From: Tetramitus jugosus | Taxonomy: Eukaryota > Protista > Heterolobosea | DNA: 64,000 nucleotides | Assembly (NCBI GenBank): GCA_937625935.1 | Contig: OW569346.1 | Location: 496,001 to 560,000 of the forward strand | Direction of reading: 5' to 3' | Shown: one piece after another, positions 31,125 to 42,237 of the stretch | How the letters are laid out: the number at the start of each line of letters is the position of its first letter | How positions within the stretch are numbered: position 1 is the stretch's first letter | Notes under the pieces: generated by a model | Seen by the model: the letters and a program-made list of their open reading frames with translations, nothing else | Told to the model about the DNA's origin: nothing | The model's database searches: none | Position numbers and translations under genes: made by a program

Positions 31125-31426
31125 TTTGTCTTATACTAGTGCCTGTTATTATTGGTTGGTACTTTGAATACAAAAAGTGACCGGCAGTGTCTGTTACACC
31201 CACATCCCGGCTCTTTTGCCGCCAAATCTCACACTCAAATCATGTTTCATTGAGACATCTTTTTCCGATCCGGTCTTGCGTCATCTCTCCGATTCTGCAT
31301 GCAAAAAAGCTTATCCTGATCGATTGCGCAATCAGCCGCCAAATCAGAAGAAGAAGAAGTCAAGCAAAACCACCAAGCAACAAAACACCAAACATAAACA
31401 CAAACCAAACACAAACTGAAATCACA

Positions 31427-33127
31427 ATGCTCAACAATGTTGGTCGCTTCAACTATTCCAGAGCATGGAGAAGATTACAATTCCGTGCTCAATCATGGAT
31501 CAATCGAAGAGCAGGTGGCGACACGACCAAAATCTCAAGTCGCATCCTCAAGCCATTCATCAGACACCTAGAGCACACTCACGGACCACAATCATGGCAA
31601 CAAGTTCACGAATCATGGAGAAGAGTGCTCAATCGGACAATTGTCTACGGCGGGTGCAGTGAGTACAATACGATTCAAGTGTATCACGAAGGTGGTGTCA
31701 TGTTCAACAAATTGTGGAGTGACATTGATCGAGCAAAGAAGAGAATTTGGATTGATACGTATACGCTGAAAACGGACTATACAGGCATGAAAACGGTACA
31801 AAAGTTGATTGAGGCCAGGAAGAGAGGATGTGAGGTGGTTGTGATTACGGATGCATGGGGATCGATGCCACTGCAAAAAGAAATGGAATTGTTGCAGCCA
31901 TTGATGGACTCTGGAGCGCATTTTTACACGTTTAATTTGCAGTACATGAAACTGTGGAAGATTTTTATTGGTAAGCATCCAACAAGAACTCCTTGGCTCA
32001 GAAATCATCGAAAATTGATCATTATTGATGATGTGGTTGGATATTGCGGTGGAATGAATTTGGCTGATGAATACAGTGGCAAGAATATTTTAGTGTCAAA
32101 GCAATTGGCACCACACACTGGTCAATCGAATAATAATGAGAATCATCGTCAAGAAGAACAAGTTGAGAACCGAAATGATTTGACAGATGATCAAATACTG
32201 GATGATTATGTTGATTTGAAACAGTATCCAAAGCGAATTACAGCAACAGAGGCAAAAGAGAGGAAATTGCCATTTAGAGATACACATGCACGATTGACTG
32301 GTCCTTGTGTAAACTATTTGTCAAACGCATTTATGGAGAGTTTAGAGGAGGTGTCTCCTGCAACTTTCAATTTTGACTTTCCTGATTTGTTTGCCATATC
32401 AGAGCGCAAATACCTAGAAATGAACAGGAAAAAACGAGAGCAAACAGAACCGAATACTTCGCAACAGAGTATGGAAGCTGATCCTTTGGAGTATGATTCA
32501 AAGGAATTGGATGAAACAATGACACCGATTGAGGAAGATGATCAAGAGTCGCAAGAGCTTGACAGAGGAACATTCATTCAGGTGTTGACATCTCATCCGA
32601 GACAGGCACGTAGACACTTGGATCGTGCGTTATACAATGTCATTTCCCACGCAAATAAGACATGTTGGATTACTACGCCATACTTCCTACCAACAAAAAA
32701 GATGAGGAATGCAATGATTAACGCAAAGAAGAGCGGTTGCGATGTTAGAATTTTGACAACTGGTGTCACCACATCAGATGTTCCATTGATGCGTCTTGGA
32801 TCTCTTGCAGTATATGGCAAATTCCTAGCTCACGGTATTAAAATCTACGAGTACAATGAAAGAACACTGCACGCGAAAACAATGACTGTCGATGGCATCT
32901 GTTCAAGTGTTGGCAGCTATAACTTTGATAGAATGAGTTTTGCCAGTAATTTGGAATTAGGGTTGATCATTCTCGATCCAAAGACTGCTCAGGATGTCGC
33001 AGACCGATTCCAGGAAGATTTGAAGTATGCTACTGAATTGACGTTTGAGCAATGGAAGTCAAGACCATGGTACATTAGAATGTTAGGATGGATATTGTAC
33101 AATGCTATGCGTCTCATTGGTCCATAA
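31427..33127 (+). CDS. Bacterial-type (PLD family) cardiolipin synthase
   Basis: Two HKD motifs (NHRKLIIID, LHAKTMTVD), GGMNL, TPYF, GSYNFDRMS; Arg-rich transit-like N-terminus. Confidence 0.85.
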   Translation: MLNNVGRFNYSRAWRRLQFRAQSWINRRAGGDTTKISSRILKPFIRHLEHTHGPQSWQQVHESWRRVLNRTIVYGGCSEYNTIQVYHEGGVMFNKLWSDIDRAKKRIWIDTYTLKTDYTGMKTVQKLIEARKRGCEVVVITDAWGSMPLQKEMELLQPLMDSGAHFYTFNLQYMKLWKIFIGKHPTRTPWLRNHRKLIIIDDVVGYCGGMNLADEYSGKNILVSKQLAPHTGQSNNNENHRQEEQVENRNDLTDDQILDDYVDLKQYPKRITATEAKERKLPFRDTHARLTGPCVNYLSNAFMESLEEVSPATFNFDFPDLFAISERKYLEMNRKKREQTEPNTSQQSMEADPLEYDSKELDETMTPIEEDDQESQELDRGTFIQVLTSHPRQARRHLDRALYNVISHANKTCWITTPYFLPTKKMRNAMINAKKSGCDVRILTTGVTTSDVPLMRLGSLAVYGKFLAHGIKIYEYNERTLHAKTMTVDGICSSVGSYNFDRMSFASNLELGLIILDPKTAQDVADRFQEDLKYATELTFEQWKSRPWYIRMLGWILYNAMRLIGP

Positions 33128-33192
33128 ATTGTTTGTTTTATTCATCACAATACAAGCTTCATGATTGAATATATGACCGAGTTTCTTTTTCT

Positions 33193-34416
33193 CTATTGAT
33201 ATTGTGGAGGTTGATCATATTGTGGTGGCTGATTGTATGCTGGCGGTTGGTTGTACTGTGGTGGTGGTGGTTGATTGTACTGTGGCGGTGGTGATGCCAT
33301 CTGTTGTTGTTGTGGTTGAACAAATCCATATGCAGGTGGTTGTTGAGGTTGACTTCCTCCATATGGATTATACATTGGTGGTGTCTGTGGAGGATAAATA
33401 GCTCCATAAGCAGTAGTGGGTGGAACACCGTATGCAGGAGGACCAACATTGGATCCATACACATTAGCAGGCGCACCACTATACGCTGGTGGTGAGAATG
33501 CAGTTGGTTGAGGTTGCATTGGTAGCTGTTGTTGTGGTACAGGATTGTTCATATTGCTGCTGCCAGTGCCAGTCGACCAGACAGGCATGTAGGGAATTGC
33601 TCTCTGTACAGAGAAGGTGAGCACCAACAACTCTGACTTCTTTGCATGAGGTCCCGTCAACTGCAGCGATGTATTATTGTCATATGCCATTCTCATGTTC
33701 ATCATGCTCACAACAGCATATCCAATCATGTCATCCGATTTCATCTTATCATGATCATACACTGTAATCTTGAATGGTCGATTCATATCACCCAGACACA
33801 ACTTGTCAAGAGTAATCGATGCACACTCCCAAATCGGATTCAAATTTCGATCAATCACCTCTGATTTGTACAGATTGAGCTGTGTTGCTCCACTAGTAGT
33901 ATCGGTAGAATCGCGACTCACAACAAAATAAGGATCAGATTTTGCCAATGGCCCCCAGTCCATCTTTGTCAAATTCTTTCCACGCAAGGTGAACAACACC
34001 TTGTCACTATTGAGAGACAAAGGCTCGCAATTGACATGAATTTGGCCATGAATGTTTCCTCTCTTTGATAGCAAATCGTCTGAAAAGGTCTTTCGATTCA
34101 CAATTTGTTCCAACGTGGTCAATGTCGAACCCAAGAAATCATCATGGTTAAGTGCAGTGTTTGGATCAATGTCAAACACTTTGAACATGACTCTTTGTTC
34201 ACCTAGGTGTGGCGTATATTGGACGACCCATGTCTCCTTGAACTTTGGACTCAAGTTGTTGTTGAGCTTTTCAGTCTTGGCACAGAGTTGCCATGATTTG
34301 TCAGTGTCATTGTAGAGGTAACAGAATACTTGAGGATCACTCTTGGAAAGGATATCGAGATTCTTGAGATTGGAACAGGAGAAGAAGAGCTCCAATAGTT
34401 GATTGTTGTTGTTCAT
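33193..34416 (-). CDS. Copine-like tandem C2 domain protein with P/Q/Y-rich tail
   Basis: Two KSDP-containing C2 domains; no vWA domain. Confidence 0.85.
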   Translation of the reverse strand: MNNNNQLLELFFSCSNLKNLDILSKSDPQVFCYLYNDTDKSWQLCAKTEKLNNNLSPKFKETWVVQYTPHLGEQRVMFKVFDIDPNTALNHDDFLGSTLTTLEQIVNRKTFSDDLLSKRGNIHGQIHVNCEPLSLNSDKVLFTLRGKNLTKMDWGPLAKSDPYFVVSRDSTDTTSGATQLNLYKSEVIDRNLNPIWECASITLDKLCLGDMNRPFKITVYDHDKMKSDDMIGYAVVSMMNMRMAYDNNTSLQLTGPHAKKSELLVLTFSVQRAIPYMPVWSTGTGSSNMNNPVPQQQLPMQPQPTAFSPPAYSGAPANVYGSNVGPPAYGVPPTTAYGAIYPPQTPPMYNPYGGSQPQQPPAYGFVQPQQQQMASPPPQYNQPPPPQYNQPPAYNQPPQYDQPPQYQ

Positions 34417-34789
34417 CGCAGCCCGATATGTTTGTTTTGTTGCGAACTTTGTTCCCTTCTGAACGGAAGAATTCCAGCGGAAAATCAGTTACGGTACGGA
34501 ACCAGCAGGTCAACAAGATGGAGCCCGTTGGCGTGTGAATCTATGTTGTGTGCACAAAGATGCCATCTCGGTTCTCTAGGTCAATCAGATATGCTGTAAA
34601 CGATTTCGTTGGCGCGCTAAGCTTTCGTTTCGATCCCCGCAGGCGAGAACGACAAATATCTGAATCGCGAACATTTCGCTGGGAACGACAAGGAGCTTAC
34701 CCGGTATTTCACATTTCCTCATTCCAACACCACGACACAACACAAAACAAAACAAAACAAATTAGTAATCACACACACAAACTGAGAAT

Positions 34790-35761
34790 ATGAATTTAGT
34801 GACCCCAATCACGATCGCTGCCTGTGCATGTTGCTGCTGTTACTACCTCTATTCCTATTTCTTCCAGAAAAAGAATAGAGTGGGCTCTACTGTGGAATCA
34901 GACGACAATAGAACAGATCAGGAGGTCAATCAAGTGGTTGACTCGGTTTTGAGCCACACAGAGTACCGTCCATTCCAATTGATCAAGAAGGAATGTCTCA
35001 CACAGGGACCAGACGTAAAGAATCCTGTTTGTCTGTTTCGATTTGCTCTGCCAAAGGAAAGTGATACTCTGGGCTTGTCCATTGGTCATCACATTAAGAT
35101 CAAGGGCTACCTGAACAAGGATGAAACTCAGAGCAGCAAGAATAACAAGGAAGATAATAATAGTGATGATGATACGACTGTCGTGAGAAGTTACTCACCA
35201 GTTTCGACCAATGATGACAAGGGATACTTTGATATTGTTGTCAAGTTGTACCCATCAGGTAAAATGAGTCAATATTTGAGTCGTTTGCAAGTGGGTGACT
35301 ATGTTCAAGTCGTGGGTCCACATGGCAGATTTTCCTATGAACCCAATATGCACAAAGAACTGTTCATGATTGCTGGAGGTAGTGGTATTACTCCTATTCT
35401 ACAAGTGATCAAGGAGATTATCAGAAATCGTCATGAGGATCAAACTCGGATGACTCTGCTGTATGGTAACATCTCGGAGGGAGATATCATTCTGCGAGAA
35501 GAATTGGAGGAAATGCAGAGGAATCATCCTGATATCCTTAAATTGATCTTTGTGCTAAAGGATAGCCCAGAAGGTTGGATCCACGAATCAGGTTTCATTG
35601 ACAAGGAAATCATAATGAAGTATTTGCCTGTACAGACCAGTGACGAAAACAGAGAGCAGGTCAAAGTTCTCCTCTGTGGATCACCAACACTTATCAAAGT
35701 GAGCAAAGAAGTGTTGTTGAATCACATGGGATACAACAGACAACAAATCTTTACTTTTTGA
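34790..35761 (+). CDS. NADH-cytochrome b5 reductase
   Basis: RSYSP, GKMSQYL, MIAGGSGITP, LCGS motifs; N-terminal membrane anchor. Confidence 0.92.
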   Translation: MNLVTPITIAACACCCCYYLYSYFFQKKNRVGSTVESDDNRTDQEVNQVVDSVLSHTEYRPFQLIKKECLTQGPDVKNPVCLFRFALPKESDTLGLSIGHHIKIKGYLNKDETQSSKNNKEDNNSDDDTTVVRSYSPVSTNDDKGYFDIVVKLYPSGKMSQYLSRLQVGDYVQVVGPHGRFSYEPNMHKELFMIAGGSGITPILQVIKEIIRNRHEDQTRMTLLYGNISEGDIILREELEEMQRNHPDILKLIFVLKDSPEGWIHESGFIDKEIIMKYLPVQTSDENREQVKVLLCGSPTLIKVSKEVLLNHMGYNRQQIFTF

Positions 35762-35894
35762 GTGAGCTGTCACCTGCAAATACAATCTCAGCAAGAATTT
35801 CTCCACAGCACCAAAAAAACTTCCGACTGGCCCAAAAAATCCGCCCAACAACCAAAAACTCAACAAAATCAAATTCAAAAAAAAATAAATCAAA

Positions 35895-36779
35895 ATGAGT
35901 CGATCAACAACAACACCCACCAAGACCAAGTCACCATCACCTTCATCACCCAGCAGCAGTGGTGACAACAACAACAACAAGAATGGCAACAACACTGAAT
36001 ACATTTTCAAGTACATTATCATTGGTGATTCAGCTGTTGGTAAAAGCAGCATCATGAGACAATTTGTGAACAATGAATGTACGTCAACAATACTTTTTTT
36101 TGTGTGTAATCTATTTGTGTGTTCAATTGATACAGCTGTTTGATCCATCTCACTCACTCTACTCTGAAATTACAACTATAATGATGATAATAATAATCAC
36201 AATATGATCACACTGATAATGAAAATGGATCCACTGATAATGATAATAATAACAGTTGAGGATTCAAGAACGAGTACAGTTGGAGTCGAATTCGGAACCA
36301 AACAAATCAAAATTGGTGACAATGTAGCAGTCGTCCAATTGTGGGACACTGCAGGTCAAGAACGATTCAGAAGTGTAACACGGCAGTACTATCGTGGATC
36401 AGCGTGTGCCCTCTTGATTTTTGACATTTCTCGTCGAAACACGTTTGCCAGCTTAACCAATTGGTTGTCCGATGCGAAAAATTATACGAATCCGCACACG
36501 CAATTCGTCCTCGTGGGCAACAAGGCTGATTTGAAGGATCAGAGACATGTGAGTCACGAAGAAGCACAAAAATTTGCTCAGGACAACAAGATTCCATACA
36601 TTGAGACGAGTGCAAAAACAAGGGACAACATTGAAGAGGTGTTTACCATGACTGCAAAGAAAATTTTTCAGAATATTGAAACGGGAGTGATTGATGACAC
36701 GGATAAGCACAGTGGTGTCGAGTTTCCGTTGGTGATTGAAGCTGAGCCTCCGTTGCATGCCAAGAATTGTGCCTGTTAA
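35895..36779 (+). CDS. Rab GTPase (Rab14/4/2 group); intron 36079-36255
   Basis: YIFKYIIIGDSAVGKS, VGVEF, WDTAGQERFRS, GNKAD, ETSAK, C-terminal CAC. Confidence 0.9.
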
Positions 36780-37090
36780 ATTTGCTTCTTTCGGATTGTG
36801 GAAAGTTTTGAAGAGAAACGAAGCAGTCTGATACGGAGGGCCGCGGCAAGGAGCAGGAACAACTCACTCAGTTCACATGGATACACATCCTAGTCCATTC
36901 ACAACCACAATTTCAATTTTCGTGAGAATGCAAAGAAATGGTTGAGAGAGAAGCAGAATTCAGGTGGTATATTTCTGTTGTATTAGAAAAGTGGAAAAGA
37001 TTACAGAGGCAAAGGAACAACAAGTGGTTGGATATGTATTTATTGTTTGACTGTAATGCATTACTGGATTGTACATTGTTTCCAAATACA

Positions 37091-38034
37091 TCAAAAGTTA
37101 GGATCCGTAATGTTGTACTTCTTGCGGTACTCCTCCTTGAGTCTTTCGAGATTGCAATCTGGAAGACCTTCTGAAATGTAACGGACATCATAGTCATCTT
37201 CATAATCATCATTCTCTTCTAACTGTGATGGTTCTGTTTCAAAGTAATTGTATAATGGATAACAGTCTTGTGAGATCTCTCCTTTGTAATCCAACTCGTC
37301 TATTTGTTCATAGGCTTCTCGATAGAATCTACGCAAGCATTCTAATACACCACTTCTACCTGGAACTAATTTTAAACTGGTTTTGAGACCTTCTGCTAAA
37401 ATGTCTCTACTTTCCAGCTCAATCTCTGCAGGAAATTTCAAACTTGCATGCTGATAGTACATACCAGGACCCATTTCTGAAACACAGAATTGACATTCCA
37501 CCTTATCCTGTCTGATGTATTTCTTCTTGTAGTTTGTATAAGTTCTCTGGTTCCAACTGTGTACTTCAGGCATATTCTTAAAATCAGCTGCTTCCAATAT
37601 ACGAATAAGTTCCTCCACTCTCTCTCCCACAGCTGTTCCGGTTACAATATTGTTGGTACCAACATTGAAAACAAATGTTAATGACCAAGGAGTTTTGTTG
37701 TCTTGTCCATCAACAAGAGTTTGCTTCAACCAAACTTCACCACATCTCATACTGTTCGGAACCAAATAAATGGTTACAGTGGCAACTTGGTGTTTCGCAT
37801 CTACTTCTTTGAACTCGGCATCCTTCAAAGCCAGTGCATCAATAGTAGTAAAAGCATAATGATACGAAGATTTGTAGGTCAAATTCAATTCTTCACTCCT
37901 TAATGATGTGTCATACCTCATCAGTTGTTGAAGTAATTGCATAGTTTCTCTACTAATTTCAAAATGACGTATGATTGTAGAGGGATTGGGGGGAGATTGG
38001 TGTGCACAAGAAGGTGATGGTACTGTTGTGTTCA
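37091..38034 (-). CDS. Hypothetical protein
   Basis: Long ORF with globular-looking composition; no family recognised. Confidence 0.55.
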
Positions 38035-38879
38035 TTTTTCTATTCAAATCTACAGGACAGAAAATCTTTGTTACAGATTGAAAAGTTACGCTCACAAATT
38101 CAACTAAGAACAAGGCCCAAGCACAACAATTATTGGACAGCCAAACCTACGTGTCTCAACCTGGTTGCCCAAGCAGAAGCCCAAAGACAATTTGCAAATA
38201 TCTAAATTTCTGCAAGAGTATCATTCGATCAACCACGATTTTATCGTTGGCGATGATGACTTGCTTACTACCGTATCTGCATACAGACCCGGCGAGGACG
38301 ATGCGTTCGAAGCAACTGTATCCCTTTCCATGGATGTCAGTTCGCGGTATTACCGTACTGTTGTTTGGTTTGGATCAATTGCTGGAGCAGTCATTCATTC
38401 TCTGATACTAGCAGTAATATTCATGTCATTATGTTGGTTGTATTTGTTCGTTGCATAAAGTCAAGAGCAAGTATCAACACCTCGAGTAAAGGATTGCTTG
38501 AACACCCAGAAAGAATAAAACCTGGTGCCTCCAGAAGAGGAGAGGCCCGAGGATTTGTCCTATCGGACTTTTCCATGTCAAAAAAAGGAGTCGTTGTTGA
38601 CCCCGCCACACCGACAGTCTTCTTTCAATCCTCTACGGGACAGGATAGACAAACAAACAAAAACACACCTCTCAACCTTTGATTTTCGGTATAGTTCGAC
38701 GTGACACTCCCACAAACACACACGTTCGAAGCACAAACAACGTTGTCGACAACAACAACAAAAAAACAACACACGACACGCGCCTCAAAAAAAAACACAA
38801 ACATTTTTCTGTGTGGCGCAACGAACGAACGAACAAACAAAAAAATCGGACCAACAACAGCATTCTTCAACTAAACATC

Positions 38880-41204
38880 ATGTTATCAACAACATCACCA
38901 CCTACTATTCAACCACAATCACCACCATCACAACCGCGAATGAGCAACGCCAGTAACAACAACAATAATAACAACTCTAATAATCACATGAACAGAGGTT
39001 CCATGACTCCCTCCTCACCCAACTCTTCATTCACCATGGGTTCTCCACAGAATCAAGATTCCGCACTCTCACAACAACATCAACAACAACAACGAGGTAA
39101 ATCAGTTCAGTTTACACAGGGAGCCATTGGTGCCATTCAACATCAACACTCGTACAGTAATAATTATCTTCAACAACAGGTGCACAACACGATGATGAGC
39201 ATGGATACGTCAGCAACAACAACAATCACACCACCTACTTCACCCATTTACATTAACACCAACACTACCAACACGATCAACACTACTATGGATCCATCTT
39301 TTATGGCTACACAACAATTACCACCACCAATCACAACCACACATGAGACAACAACAACCTCAACAACAACAACAACCACAGCAGCAACAAGTGCAACCAC
39401 AACACCAACGCATCATCATCAATCTCACTCTAGTCACATTCAAGAAGAAGACATGAACAACAATAATAATAGTGGTGGTGGTGCAGCACCAGTCTCTAGA
39501 GAAAAAAAGGGAAAATGGCACGTGAATGCCATGGGTTCCATCATTTACAAGGAACACGACTCGTACGATCTCATGAGACAAATTCAAATGGGTATCCGTA
39601 CCGTAATCAGTGAAGTCACTCCCAAGAAGCACCGTGAACTCTCTGCAAAAGATTTTTCTCACATTGAAAAACTCAATTTTCCCAATGCGGGCACACACAG
39701 GTCACCACCGCACGACCACCCATCATTTGTCTTTTATGACTATGCTCCACTGTGTTTTAGACACTTGAGAGAACGATTCGGTATCGATGCAGCTCACTTT
39801 ATGCTCAGTGTGTGTCATGATGAGTCATTGAGTATTTTGGGCACGCCCGGTAAGAGTGGTGCTCTGTTTTTCTTTAGTCAAGACATGAGATATATTCTAA
39901 AGACGGTGACCAAGAAGGAGAGCAAATTTTTGAGAAAAGTGTTGGCACAGTACTATAATCATGTCATGGCAAATCCGAGTACACTGATTACACGCTTCTA
40001 TGGTCTCTACAGTATCAAACCAACGGGTCAACTCTCTGGTAACAATGTTCGTTTCATTGTGATGAACAATGTGTTTGACACGCAGAAAGATGTGTTTTAT
40101 CGGTATGATCTCAAGGGCAGTACGATTGGCAGAGAAGCGTCCACAAAGGAAAAGTCTCGATTGAGACCAGTGCTCAAGGATTTGGACTTTATGGACGAGC
40201 AGAGAAAGATTCGTGTGGGACCAAAGATGAAATCCATGTTGCTGGATCAATTGAGGAGTGATTGCAAATTTATGGAGAGTATGAAGATTATGGACTATAG
40301 TTTGTTGTTGGGTGTGCATTCGTTTCCGGCTTCAGATTTGGAGAATTATGTCAGAGAGATGGAAGATCCACTGTTTTTGTCTCAAGTGTATCAACAGAGT
40401 CAACAACAACAACAGCAGCAGCAACCGATGGAACAAGTCCATTCGACAATGACGACGACTGCTGTGGCTTCTGCTGCAACAGCTACCAACACTACCAATG
40501 TAACAACAACAGCATCAACAGATGTAGCTCCTACGCTATTGACTTCAACAACAGGCACTGTAAATGATGATTCGGGGACAGCAAGCAGAGACACATCGCC
40601 CGCAAGCACTTCTCAAGAGACGACAGCACTGTCGCAGCAACCGTCAATGGACACCTCTGCGATAACAGTCAATGATATAGAGTTGAGTGTGATTGCTGAT
40701 ATCGATGGAAGAGAATATGCAAATGTGAATTATCAAAACACTGCGAATACGACAACCACTACTGTACAAAACGAAGCTGTTGCGACGAGTCATCTTCAAG
40801 TACCCACTCTGACAACAACAACAACAACGGCAGCAGTCGACTCTAATACTGAATCATCGACAGTAACGACACAAAAGAAATCAACATTGGTCAATCGAAA
40901 GTCATTTGCAGGTCGAATCCTATTTGCTCAGCCACAGTTGCAAATTGAGAAACATTTTCATGGCGAAGATCATTCCTCCTTTCAAAAATTCCACGGAGGA
41001 TTGCTTTCACCAGTGGCGACAAAAGATGGCAACAGAGAAATTTATTTTGTTGGTGTGATCGATATCTTGCAAAAGTGGAACAACAGGAAGCAATTGGAGA
41101 ATATTTTCAAGGGCATGAAGTATGATAAGGCAAAGATTTCCAGTGTCAATCCAAAGAACTATGCTCACAGATTCTGTGACTTTGTAGAGAAGGCAATGGA
41201 ATAA
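38880..41204 (+). CDS. Phosphatidylinositol-4-phosphate 5-kinase
   Basis: DYAP, PGKSGALFF, YDLKGS, LKDLD, MDYSLLLG, GVIDILQ motifs. Confidence 0.93.
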   Translation: MLSTTSPPTIQPQSPPSQPRMSNASNNNNNNNSNNHMNRGSMTPSSPNSSFTMGSPQNQDSALSQQHQQQQRGKSVQFTQGAIGAIQHQHSYSNNYLQQQVHNTMMSMDTSATTTITPPTSPIYINTNTTNTINTTMDPSFMATQQLPPPITTTHETTTTSTTTTTTAATSATTTPTHHHQSHSSHIQEEDMNNNNNSGGGAAPVSREKKGKWHVNAMGSIIYKEHDSYDLMRQIQMGIRTVISEVTPKKHRELSAKDFSHIEKLNFPNAGTHRSPPHDHPSFVFYDYAPLCFRHLRERFGIDAAHFMLSVCHDESLSILGTPGKSGALFFFSQDMRYILKTVTKKESKFLRKVLAQYYNHVMANPSTLITRFYGLYSIKPTGQLSGNNVRFIVMNNVFDTQKDVFYRYDLKGSTIGREASTKEKSRLRPVLKDLDFMDEQRKIRVGPKMKSMLLDQLRSDCKFMESMKIMDYSLLLGVHSFPASDLENYVREMEDPLFLSQVYQQSQQQQQQQQPMEQVHSTMTTTAVASAATATNTTNVTTTASTDVAPTLLTSTTGTVNDDSGTASRDTSPASTSQETTALSQQPSMDTSAITVNDIELSVIADIDGREYANVNYQNTANTTTTTVQNEAVATSHLQVPTLTTTTTTAAVDSNTESSTVTTQKKSTLVNRKSFAGRILFAQPQLQIEKHFHGEDHSSFQKFHGGLLSPVATKDGNREIYFVGVIDILQKWNNRKQLENIFKGMKYDKAKISSVNPKNYAHRFCDFVEKAME

Positions 41205-41289
41205 ACAACAACAACAACGTGATCATTCTCACCACACAAATTGGCCACTCATCATCATCATACTACATGTTCGATCTTTCTTCTATGGT

Positions 41290-41565
41290 TCATTCTGCTG
41301 CTTGTTGTGCAGATTCCTCATCTATTGACGTCACATGATTCTTCTTCAGTATGAAACACTGTTCCACATGTGTGCCGGGCAGCATGACGAGACCAGATGG
41401 TTTCCTGTGTCCGTTCGTCATTGTTTCCATTGTTTCTCCCAGTATAATGTTCTTTTCATGATCTACACAAATAAACAGCCCTTCAAAGATTCTTCCATCA
41501 CTGATCTTGACGCGCATTGGTTGATTAACCCAGTGCTCTTCAATCAGTCTTGCATTTTTGGTCAT
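41290..41565 (-). CDS. LSm-domain protein (NAA38/LSMD1-like)
   Basis: [26 protein letters not shown]...GLVMLPG. Confidence 0.75.
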   Translation of the reverse strand: MTKNARLIEEHWVNQPMRVKISDGRIFEGLFICVDHEKNIILGETMETMTNGHRKPSGLVMLPGTHVEQCFILKKNHVTSIDEESAQQAAE

Positions 41566-41617
41566 TCTTTGTTGTTTTGTTTTTATTATTAACCCGATTG
41601 AAAGCAAAAAATTGTCA

Positions 41618-41690
41618 CGCCCACCGAGGGGCTCGAACCCTCGACCACAAGGTTAAGAGCCTTGCGCTCTACCGACTGAGCTAGACGGGC
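41618..41690 (-). tRNA. tRNA-Lys(CTT)
   Basis: GCCCGTCTAGCTCAGTCGGTAGAGCGCAAGGCT-CTT-AACCTTGTGGTCGAGGGTTCGAGCCCCTCGGTGGGCG cloverleaf with downstream T-run. Confidence 0.97.
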
Positions 41691-41735
41691 TACATAGCAA
41701 TTCCTAAAATAGCCGTTCTCGATTCGGAGTAACTA

Positions 41736-42113
41736 CTATAAATCTCCGAACATCTGCTGGAAGTAAAACTCGTCCACTGGCTGTCTGTCCTTCTTGTGAG
41801 GCTTCTTTGTGTTCGTGTCTCTCGTAGGAGAGTGACCTTGCCACGATCTGAATCTCTCTTCACCAGTCAAGTCCTTCTCTCTACTGAACATTTGCCGATC
41901 AATATCGTTGTGCGTGAGACCACCAACATTGATCTCGCTCATGTCGACCGCTGAGATATCTCCATTGCAACGACTCTTCACTTCAGTGTTGAACTTTTTT
42001 CTGAGCCTTGTTTTCTTGTTTGTTTGTTTCTTTTCACTTGTTTTTGGGACGACTGGAGTTTGTCTCTTTGTTTTGCCTGCTCTGGCCAGTTGTGCATAAT
42101 AAATTCTCGCCAT
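41736..42113 (-). CDS. Ribosomal protein eS30-like protein with C-terminal extension
   Basis: LARAGKTKRQTPVVPK resembles eS30 LARAGKVRGQTPKV. Confidence 0.55.
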   Translation of the reverse strand: MARIYYAQLARAGKTKRQTPVVPKTSEKKQTNKKTRLRKKFNTEVKSRCNGDISAVDMSEINVGGLTHNDIDRQMFSREKDLTGEERFRSWQGHSPTRDTNTKKPHKKDRQPVDEFYFQQMFGDL

Positions 42114-42237
42114 TGCGTCGAAATGGCTTGTGGTCGTGCAGGTTTGTTGTTGTTTTGTTTTTTGATGTCCCGTACGTGAACTAAATCACTCGAACTTATT
42201 ATCGGTCTAACAATAATTTTTCCAACACAAGCTTGGC

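Noticed and set aside
38165-38458. Small ORF with C-terminal hydrophobic helix
   Set aside because: No ATG start and no recognisable family; may be a gene remnant but cannot be supported.
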